This document shows positions 13,804 to 25,938 of a DNA stretch of 64,000 bases, piece after piece. Source of the stretch: Marsupella aquatica (lineage: Eukaryota; Plantae; Marchantiophyta); contig OZ316892.1 of NCBI GenBank assembly GCA_973895155.1, positions 4,610,510 to 4,674,509 of the forward strand, written 5' to 3'. The notes beneath the pieces are model-generated. The model did no database searches and was not told where the DNA came from. It saw nothing but the letters and a program-made list of their open reading frames with translations. The position numbers and the translations under genes are program-made. Numbering within the stretch: position 1 is the first letter of the stretch; every line of letters begins with the position of its first letter.

Positions 13804-14134
13804 CTACATCTCGTATTCACTGATTTTTAGTGGAAACTCCTTTGTCCAAGCTGCTCTCTCCTCGTCGAAAATGGTAGGATCCATGGAGAGAAGCTCAAAA
13901 TGGTGTGTTTGGAAGAATTTGACAAGGTCTGACTTTCCAACTCTATCGAGAATCAGTTCGAGAAAACTCAAATAAGCGTTAATTATATCATCGGTGAGCA
14001 ACTCGCGCGGTCTCAGACATATCATATGTTTCCTCTTGATCGAGTGTTGTAAGAACTTGGTCAATAGCTCTTCCATATCCTTAGAAGGATCAAGGCATTG
14101 ATCTATTCGACTAGCCAAATTTTCAAAAAACTGC
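13804..14134 (-). CDS. Ulp1 N-terminal exon
   Basis: CLRPRELLTDDIINAYL...FFQTHHFELL...AAWTK matches the Ulp1 pattern L.P..WL.D.IIN.Y...F.T.F....WTK. Acceptor ttttgcag at 14135. Confidence 0.8.
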
Positions 14135-14264
14135 AAAAAACAGAGATTTCAGAACGCCTTCAAATAACGTACTGAGGTTGTAGCCTAAGGGTTGTAGCCT
14201 CAGAAAATAGAAACAATAACAGATCAATAATAAAATAATGATGTCTATAATAGAAACTTTAAGC

Positions 14265-16049
14265 TTATAGCTTGCGAATGACCTTTGGATTGGGTGGATC
14301 CGGCCTTTTCGCAGCTGATCTCTTGGGTGCCTCAATCGCAACAACATCCTTCAGCCCTCCTCGAGACCGCAGTGATCGCTCCACCGGACCAGTTTGCGAA
14401 GGTTGGAGCGATGAGGCGGGAAGACCTTCAAATGGTTGTGGCATTTGATTCAAATATTCCACAATCTGGGAATCCGATTCCAAAATATCCGGTGCCACAA
14501 TTTCTGCGCGAGTCACCTCTGCAATATATCGGGGTCGAGACCACGAACCCGGTCGCATCAAGTCAGCTGTTAGTCTCTTAACGACTTGAGCCGAGTCTGG
14601 TGCCAAAAACGTTCCCAGGTCTTGCACTCGATTCTCGGAAAAACGCACATTATTGATGATTGTCTCCATTCTGGATGCAGTGGCAGTCTTCTCCTCGGTA
14701 ATCAAAAGACCCTTCCAATATTGCAAAGCAAGGACTGCCTGGACTCGGAGCTGCTCCGGTGAATATTTATTCCAATCATCCAACGAGACCGTACTTAAGG
14801 GTGGATCATTAAATTCAAACTCCGGGCGAAGAAAATAGTCTAATATTTTCTTCTTAACTGCAACTGAGGGTGAAGAAGGCTTCTTCAAATTCAGCCTTAT
14901 TTTTGGTAGACGTTGTGCCTCAGGAATAAGCGAAAGATCCTTGGCCCTCTCGGCCTCCTTCCTTGCTGCCTCCAGTCTTGCGGCTTCTTCTCTCTCCAGT
15001 CTTGCGGAATCCACCTTTTTCGCCTCCAACTTCTCCGCCTCCACCCTCTCCGGTCTTGCGGTCTCGTCCGCCATCCTCTCGGCCATAAGCCTCTCAGCCG
15101 CCTCACTCTCCGCCTTGGCCCTATTTTCCTCTATCACTAAAAGGACTCTCGCAGCCTCCACTTTCTTAGCCTGGGCTTTCTCCGCCTGGGCTTTCTCAGC
15201 CTGGGCTTTCTCAGCCTGGGCTTTCTCCGCCTGGGCTTTCTCCGCATGGGCTTTCTCAGCCTGGGCTTTCTCGGCCTCCGCTTTCTCGGCCTCCGCTTTC
15301 TCAGCCTGGGCTTTCTCGGCCTCCGCTTTCTCAGCCTGGGCTTTCTCGGCATCCGCTTTCTCCGCCTGGGCTTTCTCGGCCTCCGCTTTCTCAGCCTCGG
15401 CTTTCTCCTTCTTCTTCGCAACAGTTGCTTTTCTAGCTGCTGCCTTTTTCTTCTTAACCTCGTTCTTTTGAAGCTGCTCTTGCCGGGCCGCCTCTTGTCG
15501 GGCCGCCTCCTCTTGTCGGGCCGCCTCCTCCTGCCGGGCCGCCTCCTTCTTTTGAAGCTCCTCTTGCCGGGCCGCCTCCTGCCGGGCCTCCTCCAGCCTG
15601 GCCACCTCGTGCCGGGCCTCCTCCTGCCGGGCCTCCTCTTGCCGGGCCTCCTCCTGCCGGGCCGCCTCCTCCTGCCGGGCCTCCTCCTGCCGGGCCGCCT
15701 CCTCTCTGGCCTCCTCCTTCCGGGCCGCCTCCTCTTGGTCCACCTCATGTTGAGGCTCCTGTGTGGCCTCTTCATCAGAGTCCTCAGCGTCCTCGGAACC
15801 CTCCATCTCCTCGTCCTCTTCATCAGCGTATTCAGCGTCCTTCATCTCCTCTCTATCACTCTCTTCATCTCCTCTATTGTCAGAATCTTCGACGTTGTTC
15901 TGCGTATCGGTCATCCACTCTGGATCTTGGTCATTGACATCCCCATCCACGTCACCTTCCGCGTCACCTTCCGCGTCACCTTCCCCCTCACCATCCGCAT
16001 CACCATTGCTCCTTGCATCCTCAACATTGAAGCCGCAGTCGACTTGATC
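14265..16049 (-). CDS. Acidic and charged repeat (coiled-coil/SAH-like) exon of the multidomain gene
   Basis: A D/E-rich stretch, then (RQEEA)n and (AEKAQ)n. It is spliced in frame from the upstream exon (caag|gtaagt ~16166 to ttcag|at ~16050). Confidence 0.75.
   Translation of the reverse strand, partial: DQVDCGFNVEDARSNGDADGEGEGDAEGDAEGDVDGDVNDQDPEWMTDTQNNVEDSDNRGDEESDREEMKDAEYADEEDEEMEGSEDAEDSDEEATQEPQHEVDQEEAARKEEAREEAARQEEARQEEAARQEEARQEEARQEEARHEVARLEEARQEAARQEELQKKEAARQEEAARQEEAARQEAARQEQLQKNEVKKKKAAARKATVAKKKEKAEAEKAEAEKAQAEKADAEKAQAEKAEAEKAQAEKAEAEKAEAEKAQAEKAHAEKAQAEKAQAEKAQAEKAQAEKAQAKKVEAARVLLVIEENRAKAESEAAERLMAERMADETARPERVEAEKLEAKKVDSARLEREEAARLEAARKEAERAKDLSLIPEAQRLPKIRLNLKKPSSPSVAVKKKILDYFLRPEFEFNDPPLSTVSLDDWNKYSPEQLRVQAVLALQYWKGLLITEEKTATASRMETIINNVRFSENRVQDLGTFLAPDSAQVVKRLTADLMRPGSWSRPRYIAEVTRAEIVAPDILESDSQIVEYLNQMPQPFEGLPASSLQPSQTGPVERSLRSRGGLKDVVAIEAPKRSAAKRPDPPNPKVIRKL
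15160..15740. repeat. Coding minisatellites of 15-18 bp
   Basis: Arrays of (gcctgggctttctca)n and (cctcctgccggg..)n. Confidence 0.9.
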
Positions 16050-16166
16050 TGAATAAAATCAGATCATTTGATAAGAATGACTCACGTGTGAAAAGAAATG
16101 TTATGAATGTCCATGCGCATGTTCGCGTGACGCAATAAAAAGTAGGAGGTTTCAAAAGTAACTTAC

Positions 16167-19100
16167 CTTGGATTGGCCCACTAGGGTACTCCGTTGGTCG
16201 AATGTACAATCGATCGGAATCTTTAGAGAGTGCATACTCTTGCAATAATTGATTACAAATATTATCAGGGATATGTTGTTCGTGGAGGACATCCAAAACA
16301 TCAGCCCTGAGAGTAGTTACGGATGGACGGTACTTCAATAATTTATCTATACATTTTTCTATACTAGCCCGTACTGGGTCAATCAATGACAGCGTTGTAT
16401 CAATTGTCGCCGTGGTGTGTTGCAAGAAACAAGACAACTCCCTATGCGTTGCCACAGGGCAGTAATATTTTACATTGGATCCAGCATCCTGTAAAAAAAG
16501 CCGAAAATTAGTTCACAATATTAATTGAGAATATAATAATCTAAATAATCTTAAAATCGAAACCCCAAAATATAAATCTCAAAACTTACCATTAAGCACT
16601 GGATCAAGTTCGTTCCCTCACCGAAGTATATAGCCCATTCCCCACATTGGATGAATTGACTAACAATACTTTCAAAGAATGGAAGTATCTTTTCTGGGGA
16701 AGGTGTCGTGAACTCGTCGCTCTCTTCAAAATTGGATATTTTTTCAATCTGATATTTGGAGACCAATTGGAACTTGAGGGCTTGTGGATCGCCCATTGTG
16801 CTGAAGGCCAAGTTGTGAAAAGTGTAGGTTACAATAAGCTTCTTCTCCTTCGGCCTCTTCTGAATATAATGGCTATCGACAACAACGTAGTGTGTGTACT
16901 TCCCTAATTCCCGTTTGATTAAGTAAGACTCAACGGGAGAGGCTACAATAATAACCACATGGTGTGGTTTTGCCCCTATCTCGCTAGTAGCACGAAATAA
17001 CCCCTCATAGAATGAGCAATTTGGCGGACGCAAATCTCACATTGATGAGGGATCAAAATAAATCAAGCTCGCAAGGTTCTTGTCTTCACGTATGATACAG
17101 TCTGCAAACCCAGCATTTTGTATATCCTGCAGGGATCGCAATTTCAGCCTCTCACCGACCGGCCGCACTAGTTGGTTTCCTTGACTATCAACTGATTTCT
17201 GTATTCCTTCCACCAACCTGTAGAATATAGGGTCGATCTCCTTCAACAAATTATCATTACTAATATTTACATTTAAGCACTTCTTCAGATAACCACTCAA
17301 CGCATCTCTCAACTGCTTCAGCACCATCTTGTCGAGCTTAAAGCGATCAATCATTCCTTTGACCCGCAATTTCCGAGCTGAATCTGTCAGACTTTTCAGC
17401 TCCGTCCAGGTGGATGTTTCCCCGTTGAGTTTACTCAATAATAAAATCTCAAACTCAACTTTCGTCTTCTTCTTTATACAGAATTGCTCCAAACTCATGC
17501 TGGTCGTTGACAACACTGGAGCCTCAGAGGACTTCCTCGCCTTCCCAGATTTCACTTTGATGCTTCGATTTTTGAGTATAGACAGTCTTCCACTCAACAT
17601 ATATTCCGCTGCCTTTCGAAGAACCGAGTCTGAGCACCCTTGACAAGAACGGAACGTCTTCTTCAGAAGATGATAAGCACACGGATTATCCACAATTTTG
17701 ACGGCATCCCTCTGTAAAATTCCATTATAAATTACAAGCTCTCCTGTCCTTGATCGTTCGTAGACCTCCATCCACTTCTTGAATGTTTCGTCCTCCATTG
17801 TAAAGAGAAACGGAGCCAATTCTCCAAATTTCATCATTTCGTTCTTCCCCATTTGAGCCCATGGGCAGACAAAACTCGTAGCTCTCATAAATACCTGAAA
17901 AACAATGGAAACATGACAATTCTAAGCTTGACGCGACCGTTCGTGTGACAAAAGTTTATACGATAATGTGATCGAAGAGGGTTATTTATATACCTTCCAA
18001 TTCGGATGACGATAATGTGATCCAGGCCGCCCAAATGAGTTCCAGATATTACGACACTGTCGTACAATGGTGAGAAACTATCCTTCTTCCATTGATGTTT
18101 GATGACAGTGGTTCAGAGCTTTCGATAATCCCATCAAATGAACATTATTGTCGTTGTTGAGCGTTGCCCAAAACATTACAGCTTCTATAGTACCGCAAGC
18201 GTCTCGTACAACTTGGCTGACTTTGTCGTCCTCTCTCAGCAATTTGTACGCCATTATTGTGTGCTGGCCTCCGAGTATCCAGAAATGACTGGTCATAATG
18301 TCCTCCTCCTTTGGCGATGAATCGTAGGGCGTCCCATTGTAGTCGGGATCTCTGTCGGCCTCCGACTGAACCCACTTCATAGGGACTAAAAAGCAGCATC
18401 GCTTCTCGAACTTTATAGCCGAATGAGAGAGGAGTGAATTCTTTAGCCTATCTGTGTAATCCTGATTCCACTCTCGGCACTTGATGTGGTCCGGTGCAAG
18501 ATGACAACGTGATGTCTCAACAAAAAAAGACTTGCTGTTAAATATATTCACAGCACTATATTCTTTGAGGAAAGAATCGAACAGAGCCCCGACATTTGCT
18601 GAGGTAATTACTTTCGGAAGATTCTTCGCCGAGTATACTTCAACCTTGCTCACTGGCGGGGCCTTTCCCAAGCAAAATCCCTGGTTGAAAGGAACTCTCT
18701 GGAACTCAAGTACGTCAATAATGTATTGACAAATCAAATCTCCCGTTGATGCCTCTGGATCGGAAGGATATCCCATACTAGTAATCTTTTCCAAGGCGTG
18801 CCTTGCACCTAGAAGATCATCGATTCTGGGCTGATTGAAGGTTACATATTGCGTTCGATCCAAACAAATGCTTATTTTGTCTTCCTGCTGGTCGTCGCTG
18901 ACTAGTAGAACCAATCCCTCTGTACACTCTTTAACTTTCATGTACTTCTCAAAGAAACACCCGAGAATTTTTGATCTCTCCAAAACTGTAGCTTTATCAT
19001 TTCTTGCCACCATAAGACGGACAGCCCCATTGCGAACGACTATTCCAAAATTGGATATCTCAGTCAATTCAAAGAGATGGATACTCTTTGTCTCCGTTGT

Positions 19101-19232
19101 TCTCTCTCTGATTGACTTTCCTCGATATGCAAGTATGGATGTCTCCGCGGGAGTCATTTTTGTCTTGGATTTCTTTCGAGAAGCAGCTTTAGACGAGTCT
19201 CTTTTCCGCTTTGAGGTTCCGGTAGGATCCAT
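16167..19232 (-). pseudogene. ParB/Srx-like domain, helical linker and degenerate beta-class amino-methyltransferase (spliced, two nonsense codons)
   Basis: KCREWNQDYTDRLK...FWILGGQHTIMAYK...LSKALN is ParB-like and parallels ORF 59742-61580. LIYFDP (motif IV-like) and PEKILPFFESIVSQFIQCGEWAIYFGEGT (motif X/I-like) follow. In-frame stops occur at 18078 and 17037. Phase-0 GT-AG introns lie at ~17895-17993 and 16489-16590. Confidence 0.65.
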
Positions 19233-20659
19233 TCTGAAACAGACAAATATTGAAAGTTAAACATTTATTATAAAATACTAACATGCGCATGGTCGCGTCG
19301 TGCCGAATTACATTTTAGGAACATTTATCCTGACCCAATCTTCTCGCTCATCTTCATCTAACCAAAACCAAAGGTTCCTAAACGTGTCAAGTTCAGATCC
19401 TTCAAATCCACCCAGAATGTCCAGCGGCGGGAGAGTTCTGATGGATTCTGTAAATCTTAATGCTACACTCCGTGAAGTCAAATGCCTTCAAAGCGATTCA
19501 TATCCTGGTCTATCAGTGAAGTCGTAAGCTACCAAGGTGACCGTTGTCTGGGGGAAAAATGTGGTTCTTGAGGAAGCACCGGGCCTATGGCTGCTAGTGT
19601 CAAGAGAGAACTTAAGTTAAGATCATGATTACTATTCTAGACTGGGTAGCAGACACCACAAGGAACGGTTCCGTGGATGAAAGCACAACATCATAACCCT
19701 TTTCTCCATACCTACAGACTATTGCCTCCTTGGCAGCTACCTTGGGTCGAGTTACAAAACGAATATCTCCCAACGAGAAAGAAACGGGAGGCTCATCGGA
19801 GGGAGGTTTGTTGAGATCCATCTCAATACAAGATAAAAATTGTGCAAGCCCAATCCTGCACGTAAACTACATAAGGGTATACAATTGGCTCTATTGAATT
19901 TAATACCGCAGTTGCAAATGCTTCTCCAAAGTGAAAAGTCATATGCTGGCGCATTATCTCTTTTTGGAGTACATGAATTCTAATAAGGAAAGGATTAGGA
20001 AGAGGAAGAATAGGTACTGGTCTGGGCATTATCGTACTATCAAATATTCCATCCAACTAATTTTCATTCTAATGACAAGAGATAGAATCATTCAATAAAA
20101 AGATCATCCATTTCAAACAAATATCATGCATTGAGTTAACTCTAAGTATATACATGCAGATATTTATCTTAATAGGTTGATCTTCTTTTGAATGAAAATA
20201 CTATCTGAAGGTCCAACTCATACAAAATACCTCTGGCCGAGCTGAAGCTCTAAGCAAGAGTGCATGAGTGGGTCTACTTCATAAGGATTTCACCCAAAAG
20301 GGAGCATATGATGTCAAGGCATTGTTGAGCACTTTTCAACTCTTTAGAACTTAATAACCATCTCCTATCAAATGACAACACTTTCTGAAGGTCCGACTCA
20401 TACAAAATATCCCTGGCCGAGCCGAAGCTCTAAGCAAGAGTGCATGAGTGGGCCTACTTCATAAGGGTTATATTCATAGAAGAGATCATCAAGTCCAATG
20501 GATTTTTAAGACTTCACAACTTAGTTGATGAAAAATGGGGAGTGAGGGGAGAGAGCCCCTCTCCTCTTTATTTATAGTGCTCACACCTCAAGCACACGGA
20601 TCAAGCATGGCACACGGATGGAAGTCATGTGTCACACATCCAAGGCAAGTAAGTGTGCT

Positions 20660-20950
20660 AGTACTGTAGTTACGTGAGTGGAGCAACTGTAGACAGTACA
20701 CTATAGTATGCACATTGTAGATCGTACACTATAGCATGCATACTGTAGATCGTACACTGTAACATGCACACTGTAGATCGTACACTGTAGCATATACACT
20801 GTAGCATGCACACTGTAGATCGTACACTGTAGGTCTTGCACTGTAGCATGCACACTGTAGATCGAACAATATAGCATGAATACTGTAGACCGTGTACTGT
20901 AGCATGCACACTGTAGGTTGTGCACTGTAGCATGCACACTATAGACTGCA
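20660..20950. repeat. 14/28-bp tandem repeat inside the LTR
   Basis: (cactgtagcatgcacactgtagatcgta)n. Confidence 0.9.
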
Positions 20951-21030
20951 TATGCGAGAATTTAAACTACTATCCTATACTACTAAGCTATACTTAGGAG
21001 GAACTTACTAAACAAAGAATCCCCACGACA

Positions 21031-21245
21031 TATCACCCCTACTAAACCTGTGCAGCCTCCGGTCTGCACCACACTTTAATAGTCACCCCTACTAATTTTG
21101 TGCATCTTGTAGTCTGCACCACACTTAATAGTCACCCCTACTAATTTTGTGCATCTTGTAGTCTGCACCACACTTAATAGTCACCTCTACTAATCTTGTG
21201 CATCTTGTAGTCTGCACCACACTTAATAGTCACCCCTACTAATCT
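21031..21245. repeat. 49-bp tandem repeat containing the PPT, about 4.5 copies
   Basis: The unit agtcacccctactaattttgtgcatcttgtagtctgcaccacacttaat starts at 21081, 21130, 21179 and partially at 21228. A diverged copy starts at ~21032. Confidence 0.9.
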
Positions 21246-21251
21246 CTTACT

Positions 21252-23730
21252 TTACTCAATGAATATTTCTTCCTCTTGCTTTTCAGGTTCTTCATCTTCT
21301 TCTTCTTCTTCCTCTTCTTGGTCTGAATCGATGGGATCTTCCTCTAAAAAACGTGTTCGCCTTTTGAATATTTTCACTCTTTTTCCTGCATAAGGCACAT
21401 GATGAATTGCTCCATCCAATTCATGGAGAGTGTAAGTGGAATTTGGGTGAGTAGTAACTACTACAAATGGGCCCCTCCAACGTTGTGCAAATTTCTTGAT
21501 CGAGGAGTGATCTTGTCCGAGTCCGCCTTCAGAAACTAAGACCCAATCCTCTTCTTGGATTGTCTTGGGTCTCAATCGATGGGTCTTGTCAAAGCGGGAT
21601 TTGTTAGCCATTCTCTTTTGCTTCAATTGTTTAATGGCGCCTTGGATCTTTGTAGGAGTGTGATCAAACTGCTCTATGCGACGAAGAATCAAATCCTCTT
21701 GAGATACACCATCCTCCCACTCTATTGCCCTCCAACTATTAATGTCTTCTTCTATTGGCATAAGTGGAAGTTGACCATTGATCAACTCTGAAGGTGCATA
21801 TCCTGTTACCGATGTGCAAGTTGTTCTGTGTGCCATGAGTGCTAGGGGAAGGAAATTTGGCCAAAGTGAGGTTCTTCCCTTGCATGCCTTAATCAAGGCA
21901 TTCACAATTGGTTGGTGTCCCATCTCACTCTTGCCATTACCTTCAGGATTGTAAGCAGTTGTCAATTTGAGATTCACCCTAAACTTCCTGAAAAATGCAA
22001 CCGCTTCCTCTGCATTGAGCTCCCCTCTATCTGCCCTCATGCGATCAAAGCATCCATACCTTGCAATGATGTCCTCCAATACAAATTTGCATATTGCCTC
22101 GGTCTTATTTGTTGTCAAGGCTCTACCTTCAATGTAAGAGGAGAGGTCCTCAATAGCCAAGACAAGGTACTTGGCTCCTCTTACTCCTCTCGGCATGTGT
22201 ACCACATCTACAGCCTATTGGTAGTGTAGGGAAAGAGGGTACGTGAGTTTTAGTCCATCTCTATGCTTCACCTTCGAGTAGAGTTGACACACTTTGCAAG
22301 TTTCCACATACTTGCTTACATCTACATACATTCCTGACCACCAATATAGTCTTCGAATCCTTTCATAAGTAGCTTCTCGCCCCTTATGTCCTGCCACGTC
22401 GGAATCATGTAAGTCATGTAAAATTTTGTGTTTCTCTTCATCTCTACCAATGACCCTTAGAAGTATGTGCCCCTTCTTCTTTGGATGCTTCCAAAGGGAT
22501 CCACCTCTTACTATGAATTGGTAAGACTTCTTCCGAATTTTGTTGAAGTCTTGCTTACTCCATGTTGAATCTTTCTGCAACGTGGCAAGGTAACGTCCTA
22601 TCTGTAACAATTCCCCAGAATAAGCTTCCTCTTCAAACCTCAATTCCCCTTCATCTTCTCCATATGTACTATGAAGGCACATTCCTTGGTCTTCCTCGTC
22701 CCTATAGCGAGCTCGGGAAAGCATATCAGCTACTGGATTATCTCTCCCAGCAATGTGCTTTAACTCAGGATTAAACATTCTGATGAATGCTATCCATCGA
22801 AGCATTGCAATATCTGGAGTATCACAATTGGCTATCATTCCCAACAAGGGTAGGCAATCTGTCTCCAATATTACATTTGCTCCTATCAAATAGTCTCTTT
22901 CTTGGCGAAGTGCTACCTTTGCACCCCACAACTCTCGTTTTACTTGAGGATAATGCCTCTGTCTTTCTGTAAATATTTTTGCCCCAAACCGTGCGGCAAA
23001 CCTTTGTCCTTCCTCATCTTGCCCAACTGCCCATCCAGATGCGTGAGGACTTGAGTCAATGGTCACAATTATTGGGTCAATACCATTGTACTTCAGAGGT
23101 CGTAATACCGGTGAGCTAGTCAAAGCTTCTTTCAATTGTTGCATAGCCTTTGTATGGCCTGCACTCCATACAAACCTCACATTCTTCCTTAGAAGATCAT
23201 AGAGAGGTTCTGCAATGTGAGCAAAATGTGGTATCCATATTCTGTAGAAGATGTAGGCCCCAAGAAATCTCCTTACCTCTGAGGTAGTTATGCAGTTCTC
23301 CATATCCTTGATGGCATCCACTTTTGCTTCACATGGTCTTCTTCCATAAGGGCCACAAACTTGCCCTACTACCATGATCTCTTGTAACCCAAAAGCTGAC
23401 TTCTCTCCAGATAGAGTTACTCCTACTTCCTTGAGTCTTTGTAGAATAGCTCCCATATCTTGTAAGTGCTCCCACACAAACTGTCTTAGACCATCTCCTC
23501 TAAGTGTTTGATCCCTCTCCTTGTACAAACACCCTTTTATGGGGATGTCATCAAGAAAAGGTCTAGTCTTCTCTGGAACAAACGGTTGCAAAATCCTATT
23601 CATGGCATTTTGTATATGGGCCACTGAGTTAGTTGCACCTTGAGGAATGGTGCACATTCTCAACAACCCTAGTGGCGTTCTCATAGCAGTAATGTCTCTG
23701 CTATCTTGGGCAAGCTGAAACTGATCATAC
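21252..23730 (-). pseudogene. pol: Gypsy pol: RT C-terminus, RNase H and integrase; one nonsense codon at 22215-22217
   Basis: PQGATNS, FLDDIPIKG, IDSS, ETDCLPL, NPVADMLSR, H-H-C-C zinc finger, DRGEL, YNPEGNGKSE and WRGPF. The two ORFs are in frame across HYQ*AVDVVHMP. Confidence 0.95.
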
Positions 23731-23890
23731 ATAGCATGAATACAATAGACCGTGTACTGTAGCATGCACACTGTAGGTTGTGCACTGTAGCATGCACACT
23801 ATAGACTGCATATGCAAGAATTTAAACTACTATCATATACTACTAAGCTATACTTAGGAGGAACTTACTAAACAAAGAATCCCCACGACA

Positions 23891-24745
23891 GCGCTCAGTA
23901 AATCTATCCAGTTTCCTTCTCACACGCGACTGGTCGCGTCAACTGGTCCTAAAAGGAACCCTTCCTCCTCTAACAGAACCAGTCAATGAGAGAGCTACCT
24001 CAGACGCGACTGGTCGCGTCAACTGATCCTAAACAACTATATCCATTGAACCTTCTGTGGAGATTTGGATATGGTACGCGCTCAGTAAATCTATCCAGTT
24101 TCCTTCTCACACGTGACTGGTCGCGTCAACTGGTCCTAAAAGGAACCCTACCTCCTCTAACAGAACCAGTCAATGAGAGAGCTACTCAGACACGACTGGT
24201 TGCGTCAACTGAACCTAAACAACTATATCCATTGAACCTTCTGTGGAGATTTGGATATGGTACGCGCTTAGTAAATCTATCCAGTTTCCTTCTCACACGT
24301 GACTGGTCGCGTCAACTGGTCCTAAAAGGAACCCTACCTCCTCTAACAGAACCAGTCAATGAGAGAGCTACCTCAGACGCGACTGGTCGTGTCAACTGAA
24401 CCTAAACAACTATATCCACTGAACCTTCCTTGTGGAGATTTGGATATGGTACGCGCTCAGTAAATCTATCCAGTTTCCTTCTCACATGCGACTGGTCGCG
24501 TCAACTGGTCCTAAAAGGAACCTTACCTCCTCTAACAGAACCAGTCAATGAGAGAGCAACCTCAGACGGGACTGGTCGCGTCAACTGAACCTAAACAACT
24601 ATATCCACTGAACCTTCTGTGGAGATTTGGATATGGTACGCGCTCAGTAAATCTATCCAGTTTCCTTCTCACACGCGACTGGTCGCGTCAACTGGTCCTA
24701 AAAGGAACCTCACAGTATTTTCACGCGACTGGTCGCGTCAACAGT
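23891..24745. repeat. ~187-bp tandem repeat, about 4.5 copies, two ACGCGACTGGTCGCGT palindromes per unit
   Basis: gcgctcagtaaatctatcc recurs at 23891, 24078, 24264, 24453 and 24640. Confidence 0.95.
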
Positions 24746-25821
24746 TGAAACAACTTTTGGACAATAGGATAATACAGTGATACAACTGTGATTACTGACC
24801 CGTACAGACAAGGAAATCCGAGGAAGCATAATGATTCATTTGTATTCATTCATGAACTTTACAATAATTCAGATGTTTGAGCTCTGTCATTGTGAAGCTA
24901 TTATATATTAGAAGTTTAGAGAATGATCCAGCTAAGATGATTCAATTTAGCAGTCTACTGGTTGTATTCGTCAATTAAAGAATTCAGTGTAATGAGATTC
25001 ACATAACATGAGAGTTTATATGATTAAATTCACAGCGTGCAAGTTTGTAATGACTTACTTAAGATGATTCAGGTTGTATTTTAATTAGTGAGTTTGTATG
25101 ATTCACACATATTTGAGTTTACAAACAAACCGCATTATGAAAATTGTGCTTAGCAATCAAAGAAATTTTAGCAAACCACAATCAACACCAGCAGAAAATG
25201 TAGAAATTACACCTGAATTCTGAAAAATTGATGTAATCGTCTGAGAGATTGACGTCCAAGCACTTGAACACCTTGCTGCGGCATTCTAGAAAGTAAATAT
25301 AAGATTGAAGATATTAATATGCTAAGCAACAACAACACAGCTTCTATACTTCTATACATAGAGCTTCGCTGCCACCAATTGAATAACATGTGCTTAATGC
25401 TAAGGAGCTCATTATGTCGAGTTAAAAAGACTCTTTCAGAAGTACAATCAAAGCTGTGGATAGGCAAACTGAGCATGAATAAAAGCGCTCTAAACCTGAA
25501 GATTCAAAGAGGTGAAACAAACCTGAATGCTGAATGGAAGGAGCTAAAACAAGCTGCCAAAAAGTAGTTCGAGCTGCTGAAACACGTTGATCGAGCTGAT
25601 ATGAGCTTAAAATTGGCTGACACGAGCTGATACAAGCACTCCCAAAAAGCTAGCTACAACGAACTAGCAAACTAGAAGTGAATACGAGCTGTAAATGCGA
25701 GCTGCAATGCGCCAACGAGCTCCTGGTCGAAACGATGGACAACTACTAAGAGCTGCAATGCGCCGACAAGCACCTGACCACAACGAACGAGCTGCAATGA
25801 CAAAAATGAAATCCAGGGCAG

Positions 25822-25938
25822 GAGCGAGAGCAACGAGAGCGAGAGCGACGAGAGCGAGAGCGACGAGAGCGAGAGCGACGAGAGCGAGAGCGACGAGAGC
25901 GAGAGCGACGAGAGCGAGAGCGAGAGCGACGAGAGCAG
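25822..25938. repeat. 15-bp GA-rich minisatellite
   Basis: (gagagcgagagcgac)n. Confidence 0.9.

Larger units (their letters stand above)
19545..23890 (-). mobile_element. Ty3/Gypsy LTR retrotransposon, internally deleted (gag, protease and RT start missing)
   Basis: The 3' LTR spans ~19545-21030. A truncated 5' LTR at ~23730-23890 is nearly identical to 20870-21030 (both end aagaatccccacgaca). The PPT agtaggggtgata adjoins the 3' LTR, and pol lies between the LTRs. Confidence 0.9.

Noticed and set aside
14941-16052. Long Ala/Ser-, Arg- and Leu-rich overlapping ORFs
   Set aside because: These are shadow frames of the coding minisatellite.
19612-20056. Short ORFs including MDLNKPP (EAR-like motif)
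   Set aside because: They lie within the inferred LTR and have no other support.
20670-20951. Cys/Tyr-rich ORFs in three frames
   Set aside because: These are translations of the LTR tandem repeat.
23891-24745. CRISPR-like array of palindromic repeats
   Set aside because: The sequences between palindromes are themselves repeated rather than unique spacers. No cas genes are present and the context is eukaryotic.
23986-24748. Repetitive ORFs of 137 and 66 aa
   Set aside because: These are satellite translations.
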